A stretch of DNA of 64,000 bases from Actinomycetota bacterium (lineage in GTDB: Bacteria > Actinomycetota > Humimicrobiia > Humimicrobiales > Humimicrobiaceae): positions 2,354 through 66,353 of the forward strand of contig JAGYMN010000001.1 of the NCBI GenBank assembly GCA_018400395.1, written 5' to 3'. Both the position numbers and the translations under genes were made by a program. Below, piece after piece: positions 39,381-48,150 of this stretch. The notes under the pieces were generated by a model. That model was given only the letters and a program-made list of their open reading frames with translations, was not told the origin of the DNA and did not search any database. Each line of letters starts with the position of its first letter. Within the stretch, counting starts at the first letter, position 1.

Positions 39381-39412
39381 TTATCATTTTCCAATGCTTG
39401 AATAATCAAGAA

Positions 39413-39643
39413 CTACTGCTTCGAAACTATATAGTCAAGAACATCCTTTATTGTTACCATCTTTTCTGCTTCTTCATCACTGATCTCTATCCCGAATTTA
39501 TCTTCAAAAGCCATTATAAGCTCAACCAGATCCAGAGAATCGGCGCCCAGGTCGTCAACAAATTTACTCTCAGGCTTAATGTCACTTTCATTTACTCCAA
39601 GAACATCAACCAGGATCTCTTTCAGTTTGTCAAAATTTTCCAT
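39413..39643 (-). CDS. acpP: Acyl carrier protein
   Basis: 76 aa; LGADSLD phosphopantetheine attachment motif. Confidence 0.95.
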   Translation of the reverse strand: MENFDKLKEILVDVLGVNESDIKPESKFVDDLGADSLDLVELIMAFEDKFGIEISDEEAEKMVTIKDVLDYIVSKQ

Positions 39644-39730
39644 ACCTTGCTCCTTTTACCTTTAATTTTCTTATTATAAACAATGTAAAAATAATTTCAC
39701 TAATTTTGACAATATTTTTTAACAAAAGTT

Positions 39731-40750
39731 TTAATTAATTGCTGATCCTATCCCTGCAGCTATCTTTTCTACCAGATCTGTTTTAAGGCTTTCTCCTGCA
39801 ACCCTTATTGCATTTTTAATAGCTTTTGCCTTTGAGCTTCCATGGGATATTATTACCGGGGCATTCAGCCCCAGAAGCTGTGCACCGCCGTATGTCTCGT
39901 AGTCAAATTTGTCTTTCATTGCCCCCAGCGGCTTTTTAAGGAAAAGGGCAGCCATTTTCGATACTATTGAAGAAGTCAGGACATCCCTTACCTGCTTAAA
40001 AAACATTCTGGCCAGTCCTTCTACTGATTTTAATATTACATTACCTGTAAAACCATCGGTTACTACTACATCTGCCATACCTTCAAATATTTCACGCCCT
40101 TCTATATTCCCCATGAAATTAATGCCTTTGATTTCCTTTATTAGCCTGTATGCTTCAACAGCCAGCTCGCTTCCCTTCTTCTCCTCTTCACCTATATTTA
40201 CCAGTCCAACTTTCGGGTTATCTATCCCGAGTATATTCTCGGCATAAGTTTTTCCCATTATTGCAAATTGTGCCAGATACACCGGCTTACAGTCCGCATT
40301 TGCACCCCCGTCAACAAGTACGAATTTTGAATCCCCAAGCGGTATCACAACTGCAATTACCGGACGTATGACCCCTTTTATCCTTTTAATGTTAAAAAGC
40401 GAACATGCCATTACGGCCCCGGTATTTCCGGCAGATAGGAATGCTGAGCCCCTGCCCTCCTGAACAGCTCTGGAACCTATATAAATGGAAGAATCTTTTT
40501 TGTTCCTTAAAACATCGGAAGGGGATTCCCCCATACCTACCTCGCTGCTGCTGCTAATTATTTCAAGACCTGATATATCAATATTATTTTCTTCTGCGAA
40601 TGAATTTATCCTCTCAACATTACCTGTAAGAACAGGTTTTATACTGAACTGTTTCTCAGCTGCAACAGCACCTCTTATTACTTCACCGGGTGCAAAATCA
40701 CCGCCCATTGCATCAACCACAATAGAATATTTTTTATATTTATCTTCCAC
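39731..40750 (-). CDS. plsX: Phosphate acyltransferase PlsX
   Basis: 339 aa; N-terminal IVVDAMGGD…P motif typical of PlsX. Confidence 0.9.
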   Translation of the reverse strand: MEDKYKKYSIVVDAMGGDFAPGEVIRGAVAAEKQFSIKPVLTGNVERINSFAEENNIDISGLEIISSSSEVGMGESPSDVLRNKKDSSIYIGSRAVQEGRGSAFLSAGNTGAVMACSLFNIKRIKGVIRPVIAVVIPLGDSKFVLVDGGANADCKPVYLAQFAIMGKTYAENILGIDNPKVGLVNIGEEEKKGSELAVEAYRLIKEIKGINFMGNIEGREIFEGMADVVVTDGFTGNVILKSVEGLARMFFKQVRDVLTSSIVSKMAALFLKKPLGAMKDKFDYETYGGAQLLGLNAPVIISHGSSKAKAIKNAIRVAGESLKTDLVEKIAAGIGSAIN

Positions 40751-40770
40751 TTAAACTCCCCAGGCAATAC

Positions 40771-41835
40771 TTATTTTTTGGATAATTCAAGAATTTTTTC
40801 TGTATCTATGTATTCCCTTACCACCTCTACTATTTTATCTATCTTCTTTAATTCATGGAATCTAACGTGTCCGATTATCTCACCGACCTTCTCTACGGCT
40901 GTAAGTGTATCATAATTAACTAAGATCATCGGTACCCCCAGCTCTTCTGCCCTTCCAAGAACTACTGTTGAAGGCTGGAAATTACCTGTCAGTATAAGAC
41001 ACTTTGTATGTGTCTCCAGCGCAGCTAGCTGTACATCTGCTCTGTCACCACCGGTGATAACTGCCTTATTTGCCTTCCTCCGGAAAAATTTAAGAGCCTG
41101 TTCCTGCCCCATAGCTCCTACCATGAATGTTTCAACCAGTTCATCTGACTTTTCTTCTGCGCATATTATCTGTCCATTAAGAAAGTCTGCCATCTCCCTG
41201 ACACTCACCGATGAAAGAATTCTGTCGGAGAGGACATATCCAAAAGTCTCAACTCCCCTGTTTTCCAGATACGGTAATACAAGTTCTTCAAGGTAATTCA
41301 CCTGGCTTCTGGGTACCAAGTTTATTATAATCCCGCCAAAATAATCCCCAAGTATCTTCCTTGAGAAAAGTATTTCATCGACCATATTATTATCATATTT
41401 AAATACCATTATAGTTTTTGCATTCAGCCTTTCTGTTATTTTAACAGCAGATATTCCCATAAAACATCCATCTTCTATACTCTTTGCGCCTTCAAGCACA
41501 ACAATATCTTTATTTTTCTTAATGTTATTATAAGATTTCTCTATTTTATTAATAAATTCTTTTGAGGAGTTCTCGTCTTTTAATCCGTCCCTGCAGCACT
41601 GCTGGGTTAACACTACAGGGCATATATCTTCAAGCTTTTCTTCAAGCTTAAGAATATTGGAGATATACTGTGCATCTTCATCAGTGGTAATACCTCCAAC
41701 CCTTGTTGGAAGGGTCCCTACAGGTTTCATATACCCTACCTTTAAACCTTTTTCGGTAAATATTTTGCTGACTCCTACGCATATAGAACTTTTCCCGGAA
41801 AACGGCTGATTTGAAATAAAAAATAACGGGACCAT
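40771..41835 (-). CDS. Standalone BioD-like P-loop + DRTGG domain protein (resembles N-terminal regulatory half of phosphotransacetylase Pta; no PTA catalytic domain)
   Basis: 354 aa; N-terminus FFISNQPFSGKSSICVGVSKIFTEKGLKVGYMKP resembles Pta N-domain/CobQ-MinD P-loop; C-terminal …VITGGDRADVQLAALETHTKCLILTGN… matches DRTGG domain pattern. Confidence 0.65.
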   Translation of the reverse strand: MVPLFFISNQPFSGKSSICVGVSKIFTEKGLKVGYMKPVGTLPTRVGGITTDEDAQYISNILKLEEKLEDICPVVLTQQCCRDGLKDENSSKEFINKIEKSYNNIKKNKDIVVLEGAKSIEDGCFMGISAVKITERLNAKTIMVFKYDNNMVDEILFSRKILGDYFGGIIINLVPRSQVNYLEELVLPYLENRGVETFGYVLSDRILSSVSVREMADFLNGQIICAEEKSDELVETFMVGAMGQEQALKFFRRKANKAVITGGDRADVQLAALETHTKCLILTGNFQPSTVVLGRAEELGVPMILVNYDTLTAVEKVGEIIGHVRFHELKKIDKIVEVVREYIDTEKILELSKK

Positions 41836-41838
41836 TAT

Positions 41839-43941
41839 TTAACCTCCTATTCTTATTCTTGCATCTCCAGCAATGGAGCCTTTTCCCTTTCTCTTTACAA
41901 ATAAAGGATTAATATCCATCTCTATTATTTCAGGAAAATCTGTTACCAGTTGTGATGTCCTGAGAAGTATATCAATTATACTCTCTATATCTGACGGTTC
42001 TTCCCCCCTGGTGCCTTCTAAGAGTCTTATGGTTTTAATCTCCGATACCATCTCTTTTGCCATCTTTCTGTTTATCGGAACTATTCTGAAAGCCACATCC
42101 TTTAAGACTTCTACATATATCCCGCCAAGCCCAAACATTATAACATGTCCAAACTGGGGATCCTCGCTTATTCCTATTATTGTCTCCTTCTTATCCCTTA
42201 CCATCTCCTGTACAAGTACGCCCGAAATGTTTGCCTCCGGCATATATCTTTTTACATTTATCATTATCTGATCGAAGCTTTCTTCAAGCTCTTTTTCATC
42301 GTTTACACCTATTTTTATACCACCGACATCTGTTTTATGCAAAATATTTGGCGATACTATCTTGAGCACCACGGGATATCCGATCCTTTCCGCCTCTTCT
42401 TTTGCTTCTGCAATATCTTCTGCCACTTCAGCCCTGGGAACAGGGATTCTATAGGCTTCCAGTATTTTCCTTGCTTCCAGTTCACAAAGTTCCAGTCTTC
42501 CCGCGTCTATACATCTGCCAAATACTTTCTTTACTTTTTCTTCGTCAACATCAAATTCAACAACCGGCTGAAATTTTTCCAGTTTCCATTCATAATAATC
42601 CATCATTACGCTTAAAGTCTCTATTGCATCTTCGGGAATTTCAAAATTAGGTATTTTCTTCTTTGTAAGATAGTCTATTCCTTTCCTGACTTCATTGATT
42701 CCCATGAAACTTGTCATTACAGGTACTTTATTCCCGTTTTTCTCTACTACTTCAGCAATCGCTTTTGCAGTTTCAAGATCTTCTGTCATTGCCTGCGGTG
42801 TTAAAAGGACCAGTACAGCATCAACATTTTTATCTGCCATTACTGTCTCAAGCGCTTTTTTATATCTTTCTGAAAGCGCATCTCCCAGCACATCTACCGG
42901 GTTATAAATATTTGCAGCAGCCGGTAGAAATCCTTTTAATCTATCGATTGTCTCTACAGTAAAGCCTGCAAGCCTGATGCCTCTGTTTTCACACTCGTCA
43001 GTGGCCATAATGCCAGGCCCACCGGCATTTGTTATTACTGCTATATTTCTGCCCCTGGGAAGCGGCTGATATGAAAATGCTATGCTGTAATTAAAAAGTT
43101 CTTTTATATCTTTAGCCCTTATGATCCCTGTCTGCTTAAAAGCTGCATCATATGCCTTATTTGATCCTGCAAGTGTCCCCGTATGAGAAGAAACTGCCCT
43201 GGCTCCTGCGTCTGTGTTCCCGGATTTTATTATTATTACTGGTTTTTCTTTGGAAACTCTTGATGCAGCCCTTATAAAGTCCTTTCCAGCGGTGATACCT
43301 TCTATATATGCAGTTATTACATCCGTATTCTCATCATCGATCCATGCTTCAAAAAGATCATTTTCGGATATATCTGACTTATTACCAAGGGATACTACCT
43401 TTGAAAAGCCTATTTTTGATGCTCCTGCCCAGTCCAGTACTGATGTTAGAAGTGCACCAGATTGTGATATGAAACTAATCCTGCCCCTAAAAGGCATATT
43501 TGAAGAAAAAGTTGCATTTACCGGACAACCGGTATCCATCATTCCAAGGCAATTGGGCCCAAGTATCCTGATATTGCAGTATTTAGCCTTCTCTATAATC
43601 CCTTTTTCTCTCCTGGCTCCTTCTACTCCTGTTTCCTTGAATCCTGATGAGATAATTATTATAAATTCCACACCTTTTTCCGCACACTCTTCAAGGGCTT
43701 CCGGGATATATTCTGCCGGTATGACTATAACTGCAAGCTGTATGTTTTGGTCAATATCAAGTATTGAAGAATAGCACCTGTGGCCTCCAATATCACCTGC
43801 TTTTGGATTAACGGGGAATACCCTGCCTCTGTAGCCTGAATCTATAATGTTATCGAAAATTGTACGTCCCACTTTACCTTTATATCTGGCAGCACCTATT
43901 ACAGCTATAGAATCAGGACAAAAAAACTTCTTAAAACTCAA
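41839..43941 (-). CDS. acd: Acetate--CoA ligase (ADP-forming), fused alpha/beta (NDP-forming acyl-CoA synthetase superfamily)
   Basis: 700 aa; N-terminal CoA-binding Rossmann (IAVIGAARYKGKVG), succinyl-CoA-synthetase-like ligase-CoA domain with His loop (…SSHTGTLAGS…), C-terminal ATP-grasp; TTG start 7 nt after GGAGGG. Confidence 0.8.
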   Translation of the reverse strand: MSFKKFFCPDSIAVIGAARYKGKVGRTIFDNIIDSGYRGRVFPVNPKAGDIGGHRCYSSILDIDQNIQLAVIVIPAEYIPEALEECAEKGVEFIIIISSGFKETGVEGARREKGIIEKAKYCNIRILGPNCLGMMDTGCPVNATFSSNMPFRGRISFISQSGALLTSVLDWAGASKIGFSKVVSLGNKSDISENDLFEAWIDDENTDVITAYIEGITAGKDFIRAASRVSKEKPVIIIKSGNTDAGARAVSSHTGTLAGSNKAYDAAFKQTGIIRAKDIKELFNYSIAFSYQPLPRGRNIAVITNAGGPGIMATDECENRGIRLAGFTVETIDRLKGFLPAAANIYNPVDVLGDALSERYKKALETVMADKNVDAVLVLLTPQAMTEDLETAKAIAEVVEKNGNKVPVMTSFMGINEVRKGIDYLTKKKIPNFEIPEDAIETLSVMMDYYEWKLEKFQPVVEFDVDEEKVKKVFGRCIDAGRLELCELEARKILEAYRIPVPRAEVAEDIAEAKEEAERIGYPVVLKIVSPNILHKTDVGGIKIGVNDEKELEESFDQIMINVKRYMPEANISGVLVQEMVRDKKETIIGISEDPQFGHVIMFGLGGIYVEVLKDVAFRIVPINRKMAKEMVSEIKTIRLLEGTRGEEPSDIESIIDILLRTSQLVTDFPEIIEMDINPLFVKRKGKGSIAGDARIRIGG

Positions 43942-43992
43942 AAACTTACCCTCCGCTTAGATAAAATAAAGCAGGACCGGATCTACTTTTTA

Positions 43993-44214
43993 TTAACGGG
44001 TTCTGGCATCCGCGGCTTTTTCCTTCTCCTTTTTATCTTTCTCCTGTGGGATAAATTCATTATTCTTATAATATCCGCAATTGATGCATACATGATGTGC
44101 TATTTTTTTGCTGTGGCATCTTGGACATTCAGTTATATTTAATAGCTTTACTATATCGTGTGTTCGCCTTTTATTCCTGTTGGCTCTTGATGTTTTTCTC
44201 TTCGGAACAGCCAC
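43993..44214 (-). CDS. rpmF: 50S ribosomal protein L32
   Basis: 73 aa; MAVPKRKTSRANRNKRR…CPRC…C zinc ribbon; GTG start after AAAGGGG. Confidence 0.9.
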   Translation of the reverse strand: MAVPKRKTSRANRNKRRTHDIVKLLNITECPRCHSKKIAHHVCINCGYYKNNEFIPQEKDKKEKEKAADARTR

Positions 44215-44329
44215 TTTACCCCTTTCTAAAATGTTACAATCTTGTTATAAACTTGACAGACAACATAATATATCATAAAAATTATAAAAATTAAACATGG
44301 AATTAACACATTTTGCACCCCGCCTGATT

Positions 44330-44788
44330 CTATTGACCGGTAGAAATAGTATTTTTAAACTGCTCTCTGCCCTTTTCAATTGAATTTAGAAGTTTATGAA
44401 GAACAGCTTCAAGATTTGCCAGTTTTTCATCTGCATAATCTTCCGCTTCAAGCCGTATGGTCCTTGCCCGTGCCTCAATACCTGCCATCAGCTCTTCTGA
44501 TTTCCTCCTGGCTCTTTTCATAACCTCGGTCTCGTTTACCAGTTCGTTTGCCCTTTCTCCGGCATCCCTTATTATTTTTTCAGCCTGCTTCCTTGCCTCT
44601 TCTATCATGTTTTCTCGCTCTTTTACTATCCAGCGCGATTGCTTGAATTCTTCCGGCATCTCATTTCTGAGTTCATCAATAAGATCATATATTTCATCTC
44701 CGTTTACCATAACATTAGCTGAAAAAGGTATTCTCCTGCCGCCGTCTATAATTTCTTCTATCCTGTCAATAATCTCCAAAGCCTTCAT
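44330..44788 (-). CDS. Hypothetical coiled-coil protein (152 aa)
   Basis: All-helical charged sequence; sits where YceD/DUF177 usually precedes rpmF but lacks Cys motifs. Confidence 0.5.
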   Translation of the reverse strand: MKALEIIDRIEEIIDGGRRIPFSANVMVNGDEIYDLIDELRNEMPEEFKQSRWIVKERENMIEEARKQAEKIIRDAGERANELVNETEVMKRARRKSEELMAGIEARARTIRLEAEDYADEKLANLEAVLHKLLNSIEKGREQFKNTISTGQ

Positions 44789-44825
44789 GATATTCTCTTT
44801 CTATTAAAAATTTTTTTATTTTACC

Positions 44826-45320
44826 TCATTCAAACTCCATATTTCTGAAGCTTTTTACTATATCTTCTTCTATTTCTCCCGGTACAAGACCTGTGATACA
44901 ACCTCCAAATCTTGCTACTTCCTTTACTGCACTGGAGCTTAGATATGCATATTTTGGATTTGTAACAAGGAACATGGTCTCGAGTTCAGGTTTTAATTTT
45001 TTGTTTATCTGCGCCATCTGGAACTCGTTTTCAAAATCAGATATTGCCCTCAGGCCTTTTACAATAACCTCCGCACATGTTTCTTCAGCCAGGTCCACAA
45101 GTAGACCCTCAAATGGTATTACTTCTATATTTTTTATGCTTGAAAGTGACCGCCTTGCAAAATCCATTCTTCTTTCTATGCTGTACAGCGGCTTTTTTTT
45201 GGTACTTTTAGATATGGCTACTATTACTTTTTCGAATACTTTTGAGCATCTTATAATTACATCCCTGTGTCCCTCTGTAAGAGGATCATATGTGCCTGGA
45301 CATATAGCAATTTTTTCCAT
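44826..45320 (-). CDS. coaD: Phosphopantetheine adenylyltransferase
   Basis: 164 aa; ICPGTYDPLTEGHRD (T/HxGH) motif. Confidence 0.95.
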   Translation of the reverse strand: MEKIAICPGTYDPLTEGHRDVIIRCSKVFEKVIVAISKSTKKKPLYSIERRMDFARRSLSSIKNIEVIPFEGLLVDLAEETCAEVIVKGLRAISDFENEFQMAQINKKLKPELETMFLVTNPKYAYLSSSAVKEVARFGGCITGLVPGEIEEDIVKSFRNMEFE

Positions 45321-45333
45321 CAGATCTCCTTCA

Positions 45334-45903
45334 TCAGTCTTTTTTCAGATATGCAACTTCCTTATCCCCAAAAAAAGACCTCTTTACAACTTTTAGCTTT
45401 TCAATCTCTGTTTCAATCCTTCTTTTGAAAAAAAACTCGTATATAATAATTGTATTACAATCAGCAGCACCTTTTGCTGCAATACAGTCAAAAATATCTC
45501 TCATGACATCTCCGCTTATCCTGTAAGGCGGATCTATAAAGATTATATCCCACTTTTTATCATTGCAAAACCTTAAATATTGCCGTACATCCTTTTTTAC
45601 TATTCTAAATTCTCCAGTATCTTTTTGCCCTGTGGCAATTTTATCTGTATTATACCTTATTAGATTGATTGATTGGATATTATTGTCAATAAAATATACG
45701 AGGCTGCAGCCCCTGCTCAGGCTCTCGAGTCCAAGAGAACCGGTACCAGAAAACAGGTCAAGCACTTCTGCATCTATTATCCTTTCTCCCAGTACATTGA
45801 ATATGCTTTCTTTTACGCGGTCCAGTGTAGGCCTGATATCAAGGCCGGCAGGAGCCTTGAGCTTTCTTCCTCTGAATTTTCCTGAGATTATTCTTATGGG
45901 CAA
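45334..45903 (-). CDS. rsmD: 16S rRNA (guanine966-N2)-methyltransferase RsmD
   Basis: 189 aa; DLFSGTGSLGLE SAM motif and DPPY catalytic motif; rsmD-coaD pair. Confidence 0.9.
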   Translation of the reverse strand: MPIRIISGKFRGRKLKAPAGLDIRPTLDRVKESIFNVLGERIIDAEVLDLFSGTGSLGLESLSRGCSLVYFIDNNIQSINLIRYNTDKIATGQKDTGEFRIVKKDVRQYLRFCNDKKWDIIFIDPPYRISGDVMRDIFDCIAAKGAADCNTIIIYEFFFKRRIETEIEKLKVVKRSFFGDKEVAYLKKD

Positions 45904-45916
45904 TCACCAGCCGGAG

Positions 45917-47659
45917 CTATTCTATTGAAAAAATAAATGGGTACAGGGGCTGTCCTCCGCTGTGTATTTCTATATCTATATCAGGACACAACTCCTTTAT
46001 CTTTTTCTTTATATCCTTTATATCGGTACTTTCAGCTTCTATTCCAGTATATAAAGTTATTACTTCTTCACTGCCTTCCATCATGTCCCTTATAAGATCT
46101 ATGGTGGCACCTGTCATGCTGTCGGAGACAACTCTTACCTGTCCGTTGTTGAGTCCTATATATGCCCCCTTCTTTATCTCACCGACATATAGCCTTGCAT
46201 CCCTTACGGCTTTCGTTACCTCTCCGCATTTACTTTTTTTTATAGACTGCTCCATGTTATAGAGGTTTTCTTCCATACCAATATCCGGATTATATGTAAG
46301 GACAGCAGTCATGCCCTCGGGTATTGTTCTGGTCGGCACTACTGTGACCGTCTTATTCTTTACAAGTTTCTTTGCCTGATTTGCAGTCAGTATAATATTT
46401 TTATTGTTAGGGAAAATAATTATTTCACTTGCATCAAGATTATTTATTGACCTTACAATATCATAAGTCGAAGGATTCATGGTCTGTCCCCCCCTTATTA
46501 TCTCATCTACACCTATACTCTTAAATATCTGTTCCAGGCCTTCACCGTTTGCAACAACTACGATTGCTCTTCTTAAGGCAGGCTCTGCCTCCTCCTTATG
46601 CTTATAGTCATGGGCACCCGCCGCTTCCTCTCTCTGGTCTTTCATATTGCCTATGGATATCTCGTGAAGCGTGCCTTCCCTTATTGCCCTGGCCATTACT
46701 CTTTGAGGCGAATTTGTGTGGACATGTATCTTGACCAGATTTTCATTACCTACAATCATTGCACTGTCTCCATAGCTTTCTATTTTCTCCCTCAATCTCT
46801 CTACATTTATCCTGCTGCCTTTTACTATCATCTCGGTACAATATGTATATTTTATCTCTGACTTTAATTTGACTTCCTGGAGCTCCATATTTTCCTTTGA
46901 TTCAGACTCGGGAACATTTATCATAATAATATCTTCCTGCTTTTCTTTTTCTGATTCTTTTTTATTTGAATCACTAAGTGATACGGATTTACCTTTTACC
47001 AGCTTCATATTCATATTCTCATTTATTCTGTCTATATTTAAAAAAGCATATTTTATACCTACCAGTATGTCCAGTATGCCCCTCGCTCCTGCATCTACCA
47101 CATTGGCCTGCTTTAGAACTGGCAGAAGAAATGTGGTCCTTTCTACAGATTTTTCTGTCTCTTCTATGATGCTGTCAAGAAGTTTCTCCAGCTTTATACC
47201 GTCATTTTTTTCATATATCTTTTCCACATGGCGGTGTAAGTCCTTAATAAGGGTAAGCATGGTACCCTCTGTAGGATTTTGTACGGACCCATAGGCTACA
47301 TCTCTTGATGATTTCAATGCTTCCTTTATTATGTCCAGGTTAAAATCACTACTTCTTATCAGGATATCAAAAAACCCCTTGACTATCTGTGAAAGTATTA
47401 CTCCGGAATTACCCCTTGCCCCCATAAGCGCGCCCATAGAGGCATTCTCAAGCACCGATTTAAGTGTTGGGTTATTTATCTTAAGTATTTCCTCCCTGAT
47501 CGATTTGAGAGTCAGAAGCATATTGGTCCCCGTATCTCCATCCGGTACGGGAAATACATTCATATCATTAATTTTTGCTTCATTTTCTTTAAAATTGTCT
47601 ATAACGGTATCAATTATTTCTTCAACAATTTTCTTCTCAACATTTTTTATCATCACCAT
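45917..47659 (-). CDS. fakA: DAK2-domain fatty acid kinase subunit A-like protein (YloV/FakA family)
   Basis: 580 aa; DAK2 N-domain with DGDTGTNM motif; divergent from rpmB as in Bacillus yloU-yloV locus. Confidence 0.8.
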   Translation of the reverse strand: MVMIKNVEKKIVEEIIDTVIDNFKENEAKINDMNVFPVPDGDTGTNMLLTLKSIREEILKINNPTLKSVLENASMGALMGARGNSGVILSQIVKGFFDILIRSSDFNLDIIKEALKSSRDVAYGSVQNPTEGTMLTLIKDLHRHVEKIYEKNDGIKLEKLLDSIIEETEKSVERTTFLLPVLKQANVVDAGARGILDILVGIKYAFLNIDRINENMNMKLVKGKSVSLSDSNKKESEKEKQEDIIMINVPESESKENMELQEVKLKSEIKYTYCTEMIVKGSRINVERLREKIESYGDSAMIVGNENLVKIHVHTNSPQRVMARAIREGTLHEISIGNMKDQREEAAGAHDYKHKEEAEPALRRAIVVVANGEGLEQIFKSIGVDEIIRGGQTMNPSTYDIVRSINNLDASEIIIFPNNKNIILTANQAKKLVKNKTVTVVPTRTIPEGMTAVLTYNPDIGMEENLYNMEQSIKKSKCGEVTKAVRDARLYVGEIKKGAYIGLNNGQVRVVSDSMTGATIDLIRDMMEGSEEVITLYTGIEAESTDIKDIKKKIKELCPDIDIEIHSGGQPLYPFIFSIE

Positions 47660-47945
47660 ATATAACCAGCCGCCTTACCTTTTTTGATTGACTTAGATAT
47701 TATAACAAAAAACAATTTTTTACACTTATATTTGACTTAATACTTTATTAATAGTTTCGTTTCCTTAAAATCATTTATTTTTTTTATACCGGGCGACCAG
47801 GGTTTTTGCCAATTTACCGGTGTTTTTTTTTAGATTTTATTGAAAATAATAAAATAAAGTGATAATATTCCCAGAGTTTATTATTAATATTTGAAAAATA
47901 CAGTATTTAGGGCATCAAAAGCCTTATCTGAAAAGAGTGATATAG

Positions 47946-48137
47946 ATGGCCAGAGTTTGTGACATATGCGGTAAAAAGACTTCAACAGGTAATAATGTGA
48001 GTCATTCACATAAAAAAACAAAAAGGGTTTTTAAACCAAATATTCAAAAAGCAAAAGTAGAAATAAACGGAACGATAAAAACTATTAATATCTGCACAAG
48101 CTGCCTTAAGGCCAATAAAGTAAAAAAGGTAGTATGA
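47946..48137 (+). CDS. rpmB: 50S ribosomal protein L28
   Basis: 63 aa; [11 protein letters not shown]…[15 protein letters not shown] motif. Confidence 0.95.
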   Translation: MARVCDICGKKTSTGNNVSHSHKKTKRVFKPNIQKAKVEINGTIKTINICTSCLKANKVKKVV

Positions 48138-48150
48138 GCATTAGCTGCCT

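Noticed and set aside
47778-47831. T8 - imperfect hairpin (ACCGG…CCGGT, ~24-nt loop) - T8 in the fakA/rpmB divergent spacer; possible bidirectional terminator or small RNA
   Set aside because: Stem is only 5 bp with a large loop and there is no upstream gene on either strand that would terminate here; more likely AT-rich promoter-region spacer.
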